Counted from the whole stretch's first letter, positions 36,515 through 50,664 are shown. The stretch is DNA of 63,899 nt, filler included, from Octopus bimaculoides (GCF_001194135.2; 4 parts of 3 records of this genome joined end to end with filler, not necessarily neighbours in it), one strand, 5' to 3'. A program made the numbers and translations. The notes: a model not told the origin generated them from the sequence alone.

Positions 36515-38689
36515 GTAAGTAAATAAAGAAGAGCAATCAAATATTGCACACTCTAAAGACAAATATACGTTGAATAATTATACCAGTGTTTTAATCGTAG
36601 AAAGGAGGAAATCGCTACGGGTACTCAAAATCTAAGAATAGCATGAAAACGTTGTGACATGACATGTGTTTCATAAAAAGGATTGATATAGTTCAAAATC
36701 AAACATTAAGTATCTTCTGTATGCAGCTGGGGATGATAAAATAAATTTATTAGGAAAAAAATTACGTTTTAAAACCTAAAAATATCGTTCCATCGACGAT
36801 TTGATATACACGATTCTTCTATGCTAGAGTATAATCTCAATGTTCTCCCTTCGCTAATGATGAAAATTCTTACACATATATTGCACTTATATATCATAAC
36901 TTCATTATCAGTAACAATAAAGCGAAAAATTGGTGCTTTACTCTTAAGTTTCTCAAAATTAAGATGAAGTATTATTTCCTTCTCTGCAGTTGGTTAATGT
37001 TTGGCGAGAAACATCAATGGAACAGACGTCATTTATAATGATCTTTGTATTAAATATATTTTAATTATTTCTAAAATTATCAAAGCTACAATCTGAGCTT
37101 CTCGGTAGTTACTCTACAATATAATTAAGGAGTTTAAAATAGACGTATATCAATTTATAATAATTCTGTAATAGGATGCGCGATCACAAAATATCTGCTG
37201 TGACTGAAGGAGATCTTAATGTAAAGTGCTAATCATCAATTGATTAAACATGCAGTTTGAATCATATATTCTAATTTGTTTATCCAAAGTATTATAAACA
37301 GCTACAAATATATATCCATAAAATATCACTGGATATTGAAAAACTTAGTCTCCTTTCAAATTATTTAATTTCAATGGAATGGAACCAATGCGGATTTTAT
37401 GTAAAATCTGAAAAATAACCTGATATTCAAACCAGAGTACATGGGTTAGAATGGAAAGAATAAAGCACGAATCACTATTCAATAAAAGGAAGGTAAATAG
37501 ATAGGTTTGCGTTACAGGAATATAATATGAATATATAATTTCCGAAGCTATCAATTACAGAATATTTGTAGAAAGAAAAGACAAATAAAATATTACTAAA
37601 TACATGAATTAACTAACTCATGATCTATGTATATTTCAAGTTTATTATAAATCAATGTGTTTTGATTATCTCTGATAACGTAATAACGCACGGGAAGTAA
37701 AGAATCAATTTATGGAAATAAACAATTCATTAAATTATACATTTCCGGTTGTGAAATTCAAAATGTGGTCATTAATGTAATGATACTTTCCAATTTTCCG
37801 TTTACGTTATAAAACAATCGAACGTACAAACATTACATGTTTGAACGTATGTCTAAATGTATGTGTACATTTACCAATATCAGTGTGGGTGTGTGTGTGT
37901 GTGTGTGTGTGTATGTTTCTGTGTGTGTATGTTTCTGTGTGTGTATGTTTCTGTGTGTGTATGTTTCTGTGTGTTTGTGTGTGTGTATTAATATGTAAAT
38001 ATGTGCATATATACATACATATTATCTGTGCATGACTATTATCACTCGTAACAAGGACAGACATATTCTGTAAGTTATTAAAAAAAAAAACGTTGTAAGA
38101 AAACATGAGAGATCTGAATGCATGTAAATGAATTCAATAACATATTTAGAATCTCTTGTTTGGACTTTTTTTATCAAGAGAATTCAGAAAGAAAAATTAC
38201 AGAAATGACATATATGGTTGAAACTTTAATGATATTAATGAACTAAAAAAAAAAATCTAAAAAGCGAACAAAAATATATTTCATTAAAATTAAGTAATCA
38301 AATTAATTGTCATAAATAACTTTATTTAAGTGGTCTTCACTTCGTCGCACAAAGATGGGCGAACACTATGTATTCCTGTTTTTTATATGTAAAACTTAGT
38401 TATTTTCCCAAAATTATTATTCTATTCAGGATATACTTTATATATTGAACCGACTTAATTCTAATATGTTGAGAGATGAACTAATAACATATAAACTAGA
38501 GTTACTATTTTCACATGATCACAAACATAATAGACAACACTGCGAATATAAACAAATCTTCAAGAAAAAAATATATTTTCAAAACACAAATACCGCCATT
38601 TGAGTGGATTTTCTCTCTCTTCTGCTATGTATATTAAGTCATTTTTTTATATATACGTACATACACATACACACACATATATATATAGG

Positions 38690-39195
38690 CATATATGGGT
38701 ACAGGACGTCACAAACCGTAAACAACATGAAATACGAAAAGAAATGAGTTGAGTACGGAAATAACGAGAGAAACAAATGGAAAACAGGACAAATAACATA
38801 AAGAACGACCATTCATCAGGTGTCAGCTGTCCATCTACTCCTCATTTCGAGCATTGAACAGCAATATGAGAATTCAAAGGCAGTTGCTCAGGCAAAAGCA
38901 GAAATAAAATTTGGGATTTACGTAGGATCAAATTTGGGAACAAGAACAAGACAGTGGAGACGTTCTAGGAAACCGAACGAAAACAAGCAGACGAGGTAAA
39001 ATAGCGAACGCTGGAGAAATATTGTCTTTGACAATAGAAAATATAGAATAGAGAGGCAGATAGGATACGTGCAGTCTCTACGACAGCACTGAAGGAAAAG
39101 AAAGATGATCACATGAGGAAAACAAAGATGGACGATGGTCACGTGTGAGCAACCAGAGAGAGAGAGAGTAAAGGAGGGAGAGCGAGAGAGAGTGG
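38690..39195. mobile_element. Second copy of the family C element (single arm)
   Basis: atatatgggtacaggacgtcacaaac...gatggtcacgtgtgagc aligns with 10285-10760. Confidence 0.75.
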
Positions 39196-39992
39196 ATTGC
39201 ATTCAAAGCGTGGATTGCATTCAAAGATTTCAGATTCTTAAATTCTTGGATATCTGCTATTGAATTAAAAAAAATCGGACGTTTCCATCTCTAATTTATT
39301 CGCAGTTATTCGCAAAATTTTTCATATGGTAGTATTACCACCATATCAAAAGTTTGCCTAGCACACATGCAGTGACACGCGCGCTTGCCCGTGTTTAGTA
39401 TTCTCAATAATTAACGGCACCAGATTTGCATAGATACGTAAACACACACGATGACGCCGCACCTCCTTATAATCTCAGAAAGCGCATCGCCTGAAAAATA
39501 CACATGCGCATCTGGTCACAAATTTGTTGTTGGTTGCCCTAAAATAGAACGGCAATCCCCTAACTTTTAATCTCTTACTTTAAAAAAAAAATGTCCTAAA
39601 TAATTAAAAATCTCTTTATCAACAGATTCATTGCTTTTGACACCGTCCGTTCATTCTTGTAACTATTTCAAAGTACTTGACTGATCATCTTCCATCCTTC
39701 CCAAACAAACATGTTAAATCCCATGAATTACACCAACAAGGAGTACAGAAATCTGCTGACCAACTAACCTTTTTACTAACTAACGTTCTTTTGTGATAGC
39801 TAAACATCTCCATAAAAACTGGCAAAATCTAATTACAAAGGTTTAAATGTTGAACTGAACTATAACCTTCGTATTTGCAGAAGAAAAGGTTAAATCTCCT
39901 ATTAATAAAATCAACAACAATTAAACCTAGTGGCACATCTGCTGAACAACTGACCTTTTCACCTATCTACAATTTTATATGGACATCTAAAC

Positions 39993-42463
39993 GAGGAATG
40001 TCTTACCCGCGGCCCAATATGTGTTATTTTCTTGTTATAATTTCATTTACTTTGATAATGTATGATGAGAAAATTATTCTCGGAGTGTGCTATTTTGAAC
40101 GGACCAATGAAAATCTCAATAGAGGGAAGTAAACTGAGGGAGGCCATGGATCTTATAACGTAGAATGACTGACTCTACATCGTTGATGCATAATTAACAG
40201 CCATTGTTTCAGTTTCAAATCTTTTGCGGTCGGATCAATATTGATTGTGTTATTTCCTAACCTTGTTTACAATGTCAAGTGATAATGACTTCAGTGGTAC
40301 TTCAGTGTTTCTAGTCAAGCCTAAGCCCAATAATAATGCTTTATGCGGAAGAGATTATTTGTTCTTTATTTGTTTCTGATTTACGGAATATTAATATCAG
40401 CATGATTACGTAATGGTTTTAATTGATAATTTTAATAGCCCATTATTTGATCATGACATCTGATACTAAGAAGAGAAAAATATCAGAAGAAAAGAGAAAA
40501 TTCAATAACCTATGGATAGAAAAATATCTCATAGTTGAAACATGCAATAATATTATTTGCCTCTTATGTAATGATAAAATTGTATGCGAAGAAAACAAAA
40601 TTAAGCGTCATTATGCTGCCAAACATGAGTTACAATATAATGAATTAAACGAAGAAATTAAACGTCATTATGCTGCCAAACATGAGTTACAATATAATGA
40701 ATTAAACGAAGAAAGAAGGAAAATGAAAATAGATGAATTGAAGAAGCTTAGTTCACAAGAAAACAATTTCAAAAGGCATGTTGGGAAACTGGTACATGTA
40801 CAAACGTTAGTTATTTAATAGCTGAAAAATTGGCTCAGAAGGGTAAGCTATTGATAGATGGCGAATTAATGAATGTATTGTAATTGCTTTTGGTGATTAC
40901 TGTCCCGAGAAGGTGAACTTATTCAATGAAAAATGTCTGTCGCATCAGACAATTGGTAGAAGAATTGATGACTTAGCTGACAGTATTGTGGGTATATTGC
41001 AGACTCAAATATCTAAATGCGTTCATTACAGTTTATCATTGTACGAAAGTACTGATGAAAATGACACTGCGCAATTGGTTATTTTCATCAGAGGAATTAA
41101 TTTCAGTTTTAATATCATTGAAGAAATGTTGGACCTGTGTCCTATGAAGGGTACAACAACTGGCAGAGATATAATTGAGCATGTTCATATATCATTAGAA
41201 AAGTTCAATGTTGATAGAAATAAAATCAATTCGATCATAACTGATGGAGCTCCTGCATTAACTGGTAAAAATAATGGGTTTATTATTTATTCAAAGAAAT
41301 GGTTGATCATGATATACTTAAGTATCATTGCTTGATTCATCAATTATGTGCTCAAATTCCAAGCGATTATGTGCTCAAAAATTAAATATGGAACAGTTGA
41401 TGACAGATATTGTGAACATTGTTAATTGTATCAGATCTCGGGACTTGCACCATCGTACATTCAAAGGATACTTGGTAGAAGTTGGCAGTGAGTATGAAAA
41501 CTTTATTTATATCTCAAAATCAGATGGCTAAGTCAAGCAGCAACTTTGAATAGATTTCAATTATTGTTGTCCGAAATAAAATAGTTCATGTAAAACAAAA
41601 AGCAAATTGTAGATGTTTTAGCAAACGAAGAATTGTTGAATGATCTGTTCTTCTTAGTAGATCTCACTGGAATGTTAGCTGAACTTAATTTGCATTTACA
41701 AGGAAAATACTAGTTATGTGTTCAAAGTTTGAACAAATAACAAGTTTTTTCTAAACAATTAGAACTTTTCATAATACAATTGAAGGCTGGAGAAATTGTA
41801 CGTTTTCAGATTTTATCTAAACGACAAGAAGAATGTCCTGGGAACTTTGAAAAAGAAGATTCTACAACCAGATTTTCTGACTTCAGAAAGATATAAACTG
41901 AACTAAAATTGTTGAATGATCCATTTTCATTTATTATGAGGAAGCACTAGCCAAATATCAACTAGAACTCATTGAGCTTCAAACTAGAGAATCTTTGAGA
42001 ACTTATCATAGAGAACATGCCCTTCTTGACTTTTACAGGGAATTGCATTCTTTCAATGAATTTGATTAAATTGCCAATATAACTGGAAAACTATTGTGCA
42101 TGTGTGGTTGTACATACTGCTGTGAACAATTCCTTTCGCGTAAGAAAATCATCTGAAAGAAATTGGCTGAGTGAATGCCATTTAACTAAAATTCTTCGAG
42201 TAAAGAATAGTACCATAAAAGCAGATGTTGGGAAAATAATTAAAGGAAAGCAATGCCAAAAATCACATTATTTTATTTTGTGTAAGTGTAATTTCATTTT
42301 TATATTCAATAGCACATTATTTTGTATAAATATGTGTTATTAATAAATTTTATTCACTCTATTTTGAACTTTTTAAAAGTTTATATCGAAGTACCTTTGT
42401 GGCCGCGTGAATATACTTAAATTTATAATTTGTCTCACTAGGAAAAACGGTTGGACATCCCTG
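39993..42463 (+). mobile_element. Decayed hAT DNA transposon, Charlie/SPIN (GTF2IRD2-like) group
   Basis: Transposase fragments 40423-42210 (C2H2 BED-like finger, LSHQTIGRRI, YSLSLYESTD...TAQLVIFIRG, ITDGAPAL). TIRs gaggaatgtcttacc / ggttggacatccctg match at 11/15. 8-bp TSD ATCTAAAC / CTCTAAAC. Confidence 0.88.
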
Positions 42464-42744
42464 CTCTAAACAATAAACCCATGACATGAAGCTATCACAT
42501 TTAAATAGACATACTCGTTTACATTTTCATATGCGTGATTGAATTGTGAACAATAAAACAACTTCAAATAAATCTATCACAACTCATCTTACAACCTAAT
42601 TATCATTTAACTGAACTCCACTCACGACAGAGACTTGTAACTTAACAGAGACTCCATAAAGCCAATTTCAACTCTAATGCACCATCAGTCTGATGATGGC
42701 TTAGCAGGTCGACGTTGGAAGTCATTCACAATACTATTGTTACT

Positions 42745-42802
<58 letters not shown>

Positions 42803-44744
42803 CACACACAAGCACAAACGCAAAGTCATTCACACGGAGCATATTTTAACTGATTATTTATCTCATTGAGTTTCAGATCAGCGCGAATGTCTAGTTCCTA
42901 TGACAACTCGGTGTCGTGTAATATTTCACATTTATTGGTCCAGGCATAGCCCGTTCTGTGCGCGCATGTATGTGTGTGTGCACGCGCGCGTGTGTGTGTT
43001 TGAGCGAGCATCTATGTGTATGTGTAAGCGAGCATGTGTGTATGTATGTGTATGTGTGCGTATGCGTGCGCGTGTGTGCATGTGTGTGTATATGTGCATA
43101 TGTATTTATGTTTGATGATTGATTTGCCATTCACGTTTCTTAATGGGTTGCTAATTTTATTCCTTGATCGTGGTGTTTTGTTTGTAGTGTGAAGTGTTCT
43201 ATAGCAGAATTTTCTCTATAGTGTAATACAGGCAGCACCCGCATAACGGCTACCTTCTGCTTACGAAAATTGTATTATATGACCATTAATTTCAGGATGC
43301 GGTCTCTAATTTCGTTTTCACGGAAATCCGGAGAGTACAGTTTTCAATTGTTAACAATTTAAAACTACAATTACGTCTTAAGATCAATGGCCACTTGCGT
43401 TTTAGGGAAGATCAAAGTATATATTTAAACCTACGCTATCAATTGCCCAGATTTTATCATTTCATAGATGCAATGTAATATTTAAAATGGAACCACTCCT
43501 GTGGGGTATAGAGATTATGGATCAAGGGTCCGAATCGTCGGAGTAATGTGTCAATAAACACGATGGTAATTCCTTAAAGAGGAATGTCTGTATATTTTTG
43601 CAGATAATAATCTTAATTGTGAACGTAGCATAAATTATATGAGAAGTTTACAATGAATTCAGTTCCTACACTGACTGTACAAAGAAATGATGTGTCATAA
43701 GCAACAAATAAGTTAGGATACATTATTCATCCCCCAAGCTGTTGTTCGTGATAATGAACTATAAGAGAGGAATCGCTATCCGTGGTAATCCTAGTAATGC
43801 GCATTCCAACACAACCCATGATAGTACGTACTCTTAAGATATTATGTTTCGTTTTTTTTTTCCTCAGCGTATTCCTATCAAAATGTTTATGTGCTTTTAT
43901 GTATCTAAATTATTCTGTGCATATTAAGAGATTATTTTCAGGTAAAAGGTGATCGTGTTACTTATTCTATGTAGCTTTCTTGCTATTGTCTTTTCGAAAA
44001 AGTCCGAAGGAACCCAATCTTACTTGATAACATAAAAGTCATTGCGAAAATTTATTTTGCCTGAATGGATTTCACGTTATGGCCAGATGTTCAGCAACGT
44101 ATTACTTTCGTAAAATGAGGTATTTTATGTATGAGTGTAATCAGTTTTACACTTAGGCTTCTTACAAATTAACAACTGCGGTTAACTTTAACTGCAGCAG
44201 AAATTTCCCCAAAAAAACATCCCTCCGAGACATCAATATTCAGAAGCGTAATACGATGTATACCAAAACAGATTATATCTAAAATGTATATGCATCCTTC
44301 ATTCAATTTCCAGAGATTTGCAGTAGATAGAAAGTAATAAACACATTAAAACCCCGTTTCATGATCTGGAAATCCATGAAAAAATAATATCAAGAAAAAA
44401 CAAAGCCGGAAAATAACAGCCTAACAGCTAACGCAAAATGTGAGCCGACAAGCTGTCAAAATGAAGACACTGCAGAAACGTGAAGTGAATCAAAACATAT
44501 ACTGCATAATCAGTTATTAAATTTTCTCGTTTGAAAATTGCTGTGACGTGAAAATCGAATCAGGAGATAACAGTTCAATTTCAATAAATCGTACAGTCTA
44601 CTACATGTACTGTGCACTCGCTCGTTTCTTTGACACAAATGATTATGTACACACACACACACTTGCGCGCGCGCATACACACACACTCAATCACTCACTG
44701 ACATACACACACACGCAAACACGCACATGCATATATATATATAT

Positions 44745-44775
<31 letters not shown>

Positions 44776-44799
44776 TATTCNNNNNNNNNNTCCGTATGT

Positions 44800-45118
44800 A
44801 TATATGTGTGTGTCAATCTTATTCCGTCCGTTTAATTTCGACTTAAGTATCAGTCTTAGTCTGTTCAAGTACTCCACCTTAAATTTTTCTGTCATTTCTT
44901 TCAACATTAATTTATCTATTTCCAATATCCCCAAGTACTTATAGCCCGTATCTTCTATCTGGTTCATAACCTTCCCCGACGGTATCGATAGCCCGTCCAT
45001 ACATTTGATTTTGCCTCCCTTCAAGACTAACGCACCACACTTTCACAGTCCAAACTCCATTCTGATATCAGCACTCTACCAACGAGGGAACTTGTGCTTC
45101 ATTCATTTTTAGCATAAA
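44800..45118 (-). mobile_element. R4/Dong-type LINE RT/thumb fragment
   Basis: LYAKNE...DIRMEFG...KC...GK; YKYLGILE; EYLNRLRLILKSKLNGRNKI. Confidence 0.8.
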
Positions 45119-45120
45119 GT

Positions 45121-45363
45121 TATTATTATTATTGAGTGAGAGAGCAGTGCATGCCATCAAAGTGACACTGGGGTAAAATATACGAAGCCCATTATACCCA
45201 TCATGACTACCTGTCTGATAAGGGTACACCAGGCACATGCATCACAACCATATGTGCACGACACGGGGATCTCATATCAAGATAAACAGCGCATGACCTC
45301 GCAGGTGGGGCCCAGTTAGAATTTTCTTCAGGTCGAGTAGCCCATCCCGATTAAAAGGTCCCT
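45121..45363 (-). repeat. 3' end of an interspersed repeat ending in (TAA)n
   Basis: GC-richer 240-bp segment whose minus-strand end is ctctcactcaataataataataa; cut off by a scaffold join. Confidence 0.5.
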
Positions 45364-45463
45364 NNNNNNNNNNNNNNNNNNNNNNNNNNNNNNNNNNNNN
45401 NNNNNNNTTAATTAATTAANNNNNNNNNNNNNNNNNNNNNNNNNNNNNNNNNNNNNNNNNNNN
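45364..45463. other. Synthetic scaffold-join spacer
   Basis: 44 N + TTAATTAATTAA + 44 N. Confidence 0.95.
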
Positions 45464-45879
45464 ATATATATATCGTTCACCTCGACATGGTTGAAAGGCC
45501 ACGACTGAGGATGATTTCAATACGGAACATGAAATCTAGCAGCATAATTCTACATTTAGCAATCTTTATAATGCTGATGATATCAATATTCTTTCTGACT
45601 TTTATTTTTTACATTTTTAGTAACATAAATCACATTTTTCCATATAGGATCAAGGCTTCAAATTGGAAAGGTGTAGAACAGTTAATTAGAATGAGTCAAC
45701 TTCGCGAATGCTAATTATTTTATTGGTCCCCGGGCTATCAAAGGCGAATTCATTTCTAAGGTTTGGAATCAAGAAAATTTAGTGATAAAATGATAATTGT
45801 GAGGGAGGCCGTGTGAGGTGTTCCACCTTTTAAAACACTTTATTGGACTTAATATCGTTGTAGCTGTTTATGTATGTTC

Positions 45880-45985
45880 TTTTGCTGTTGGATTATGATT
45901 ATTTTTATCATTATTTTTGTTGCTGTTGTTGTTTTAATTATTATTATTATTGTTGTTGTTGATGGTGTTGTTGCTATTATTGCTG

Positions 45986-46046
<61 letters not shown>

Positions 46047-46085
46047 CATTATTATTATTATTAATAATAATAATAATAATAATAC
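45880..46085. repeat. Degenerate (ATT)/(GTT)n tract
   Basis: Direct reading. Confidence 0.9.
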
Positions 46086-46089
46086 TGTT

Positions 46090-46260
46090 TTGATTCTTAT
46101 TTCAGAGGTCATAAAAATTCGGGGGAGGGAAAAATCGATTAAACTGATTAAACTTTGTGGGTCGGTATAACTAATTAAATGAAACCTAGTCCTTGACAAA
46201 ATTGTATTTTATAGCCCTCGGAAAGATGAAAGACTGAATGTGACTCACGCGACATTGTTT
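46090..46260 (-). mobile_element. Diverged SINE family B fragment
   Basis: Reverse complement contains ctttcatctttccgagggctataaaa...aatcgatttttccctccccc. Confidence 0.5.
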
Positions 46261-46641
46261 CATGGAATGTAAAGGACCTCGACAAAAATACAGCTAGGGA
46301 TTTGCCCTAAGCTCTATTAAACTTGTCATAATATTTCTGACATCAAATCACGGACATATGTTGATTAGAAAGTAGATTCTATTTAACAGTAGGAAATGAC
46401 TGGTTGTTTATATATATTAATTGATATTAAGCGACATATGTATTCATATGTCGCTTAGGTATTACGATATGTATGGCCTGTTGTTAGAACGCAACATATA
46501 TGAGCTTCATGTTTAAAGCTCCGATGAATCCATAGATTGATATTCAAGTACTCAATTATGAATGCAGTGATTTTTCATAGCAGAAACAGCTGTAAGCTTC
46601 AGAAGTTCATAACATAATTGTTTATTCTCTTGTCATCTTAA

Positions 46642-46726
<85 letters not shown>

Positions 46727-49211
46727 AGATGACAAATTAAATGACAAAAGGAAAAAGATTATCTCATTACAGCTCTTTCTGCCATAGGGTGCAATGGACT
46801 CGTAGTTGAGTGCCTGTACATATAAGTGTATGTATATATGTCATTGTGCAGGTTTATTTCAAGATTTTTTGCCAATGGACAAACAGCTGGTTTCTAACTT
46901 AGATCCAAGGCTCCTTCATTGGAATTTCAACAGCAACAATGGTATTTTTGTTTGTGCATATGTATACAGATTTATATGTTTTGCTATATGTGTCTATTTT
47001 CATGCATATAGTTGCACATCTAGACATGCTCATATATATCTAAATGGTAGACTTCTGCAAAGTTTTACAGATTTTACAGTTCCAGAGATGGATTGGATCT
47101 GTAGTCTTCGAATTAGTTTTCTCCTTTCAGGTGTTGAGAAGCCTGATTTTTCAAGATTAGTTTTTAGACAGTGTGTTACATATCCCAGCGCCCCAATAAT
47201 TACAGGTATAGATCTGAACTTGTAATTTGGATTGAGTAACTGCAAGTTTCTCAATAGTTCAGCGTAGGTATTCTTTTTTCCACTGATCTTCAGCTTTATG
47301 TTAACATAAATTTCCAGTGAGCATAGTCGAAGTCATATGGTGGGCAGCCAATATCTACAATTGTACACAGTATCCCAAATCATTATATCAGATCTGTTGT
47401 GCTTTCATTTTATTGAGGTTTTCATTGAGACATTCCACCAGGGCTCTTTTTTATTATGAGTGGCAAAGGCTTCTACCATACTGTGGGTTCTTATTTCTTT
47501 GTCCTCGGGGTTATCCTTCCGACGGATTTCATTATAGAGTGTCCTACCGTCAACATTATATCTCATCGGTAGATAATACCATGATGATATTTTCGGACAA
47601 CTGCTTATGATATAGGTAATATTTTCGGTGTTTACTCCACAAAGTTAGCATCAGTTGTCACATTTTACTGCTTTTCTTGCATCTTCATCTCTTTTGCGCA
47701 TCAGGTACTTGGTTGATATTTTCTGTTCCTGGATTGCAAACGCGTAATCCGGCTATTGCATATTCTTTGCATAAATTTCAAGTCAGCATCCACAAAGAAA
47801 CAGTACGTAATTTTGGTATTTCTGTTTCTTTGTAAACCAGCGAGATATCCTTCAGACGTCCTTAACATGAATGACAAGGGGTTTACAGAAAGTATGAATA
47901 GCATCACCGAGAGACTGTCCCCTTGGAACATGCCTCTGTGATACTGTATTTTATCAGTAATAATACAGCGACACTTTGTGTTTAATTTCAAGATGGTGAC
48001 ATACGATGAAGTGAGTTCAGTATGACTTTGACTATGCTCAATGGAACGTTAGCAAGGTGAAGGGCTTCTCATATCCATGAGTGGGGGACAGAGTCAAAAG
48101 CCTTCTTGTAGCCCAGCCACATTGAAACTGGGTTCCTTCTATGTTCTCGCGCACCTCTGACATCATAATTATGTTGATTAACAACGGCTCGGCATATCTC
48201 CAGACTGTCTTCTTCCCAACTGCTTGTTCTACTGTGAGGATGTTATTGGTTTCCTAATGGTCCTTGAGGAAGAGATTTATGCATGCTCTATATATCTTAT
48301 ACATTAAATTCTGGCGTGTGATTGGCCGGTAGTTTTTTGCCATGTGGGTGGTTCTGCATTTGGGGATCAATTTTGTCTCTACAAAAGCCAACCAGTGTGG
48401 TATGCTACTGTTCCCATTGAGAGCTTGCTAGTATAGATTGATAAGATGTGGTCGGTAGAAGCTTAGCTTCTTGTACAAATATCCAACAATCAAGTCTCTT
48501 CTAGGTGCTTTTCTATCTTGGAGTGTTTGGATGACAGTTGTAAGACTTTCACCATCAATGTTATATCTTGGGTGTAACGCAGGAGAAATAACTTCAGATT
48601 TCTTCGGCCACAAAGCATTTTGGTTATACTCCCACTTTTCACTCCAGATTTTCTTTCAGAAGGATTCCATGTCTTCCAGTGAAGGAGCTTCGCTGATGTT
48701 CTTTGTTTCCCCTCTCATGTCTATGTATACTACTGACTGGTTCCGGTTAAATATTATATTTATTGTTCTTCTCTCGGTTATTCTCTTCTAATGTCGGAGT
48801 TTTTCACTGATAGCTATTAGCCCCTGCTTGAGGGTAATCAGTTAATAAGTGAGTGTACTCTTTTTGCTGTCTCGAAGCATCATTTCTAACTCCTTATTTA
48901 CCTCCTGTCGGTGGGACGTATAGTGATTGCTTGTCTGCATGCAATAAACATCACTACATGACTGTTGGTCTGCCTTCAAAACCTATGATGGTATTATCTT
49001 TGTTTTAGTTTTGTGTACTTTTTGAATTTCACTCATGTAGTATTTTGCAGTAGTAGATAGAGCATATAGGCAGGCGTTAATTTGCCCGAATGTGGATTCA
49101 TTACACCGCTGTTAGTACTCATCACCAATTTCGTTAGCAGCTATTAATACCATGTTTTTTTTTGTTTTTTTTTACTTACTTTGGTAGAGAATACTGTCCC
49201 CGAGAGAGTCC

Positions 49212-50022
49212 GGTAGTCTTTAGTTATCTCACCGCTCTTAAAAAATTGCCATTGAAACACTGGTTTATCTCCCCACTAGAAAATTCAGTTTATGTGGCGA
49301 CAAAAGATTAGATTAAAAGAGATCCTTTTGATTCAATACTTCAACACATTGTTGATATTTGGCGTCCTTAATAGCGATGGTATGATTTGTTATAAAGATG
49401 TTATCAGGAGTGGCTGTGTGGTAAGTAGCTTGCTTACCAACCACATGGTCCCGGGTTCAGTCCCACTGCGTGGCATCTTGGGCAAGTGTCTTCTACTATA
49501 GCCTCGGGCTGACCAAAGCCTTGTGAGTGGATTTGGTAGACGGAAACTGAAAGAAGCCTGTCGTATATATGTATATATATATATGTATGTGTGTATGTGT
49601 TTGTATGTCTGTGTTTGTCCCCCCAACATCGCTTGACAACCGATGCTGGTGTGTTTATGTCCCCGTAACTTAGCGGTTCGGCAAAAGAGACCGATAGAAT
49701 AAGTACTAGGCTTCCAAAGAATAAGTCCTGGGGTCGATTTGCTCGACTAAAGGCGGTGCTCCAGCATGGCCACAGTCAAAAGACTGAAACAAGTAAAAGA
49801 GATTCAGTAAGATGTTTAATTTTTTTTATAGTTTTTTTTATGATTTGTTATAAAAATATCAGATTCAATAAGATGTTTCATCTTTTCACTTTCTTTTTGT
49901 TTTATTCAAGGTTAAACAATCTTTTTTACTTGAGGGAGATAATCAAAAGTAGCGATATTTCACATAAAACATGGGGAGATAACCCAATTTCTTTAATGGG
50001 AGTGAGATAGTCAAAAAGTACC
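49212..50022. mobile_element. Merlin-like non-autonomous DNA transposon (MITE) with a nested SINE
   Basis: Perfect 8-bp TSD GAGAGTCC (49204-49211 and 50023-50030). Termini GGTA...TACC with 16/21 TIR match; inverted similarity extends about 80 bp inward. Confidence 0.72.
49406..49800 (+). mobile_element. Full-length SINE family A
   Basis: aggagtggctgtgtggtaagtagcttg...gactaaaggcggtgctccagcatggc...gactgaaacaagtaaaaga. Confidence 0.92.
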
Positions 50023-50664
50023 GAGAGTCCTTCAAAACCAAAGTTATTTTTTCCCGGAAAATTTCAGTAAGGGCACATTTCACCGATATATAGCCCTGAC
50101 TACCACTACTACTATAATAACCGTTGCAGTTGTGCTTACTATTTATCATAGTGGTAATCGTAGTAGAGGGACAGTGGTCAGTTACTTGATCCAGTAATGT
50201 AGTTTGGCTGCCAGGCATTATGGAATCTGTTGGAATGTCGCTAGCTGCGAAACCACGTGGTGGTCTTACATCATTCACATTTTCGTGTTTGCTTATAGAG
50301 TTGAGAAGAAGGTCAATTTTCGATTTCCTAATAAAGTTACTGTTACTAACCTTCTTCCTATGTTCTACAAATGTTGCTTGTTGGCGTAGTTGCTTCGCAG
50401 TAAAATGTTTTAATTCTGGACGCAGATCGTCCCAATATGATTTCAATCGAATCATGTAACCAACAGCTGGGATTTGTTTCGCATTTTTTGTAGTATTTAA
50501 ATAGATCAGTTGAATCAAAAATCACTACGATCGTAAATAAAAGGCTCCCTCAGTTAATTAATCTGAAAATTAATGATAGTTGTGGCTCCTGAATTGGATA
50601 TAGAATTCACCGTATTTTCGATAAATAATCTCCCACGCCAAATACGTGACTTGTCGCTTCGAGT

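Larger units (their letters stand above)
46842..50664 (-). mobile_element. Near full-length decayed R4/Dong-type RLE LINE, interrupted by a MITE and a SINE
   Basis: N-terminal GYMIRLKSYWDDLRPELKHFTAKQLRQQ; RT motifs GYKKAFDSVP, GMFQGDSLS and FFVD; CCHC region; HNRSDI (RLE); PVIIGALG...LQIQSISGT. The thumb region is deleted near 47730. Confidence 0.88.

Noticed and set aside
39300-39600. Hairpin-rich segment resembling a Helitron/Helentron-derived element
   Set aside because: No second copy in the window and no clear termini, so it cannot be supported.
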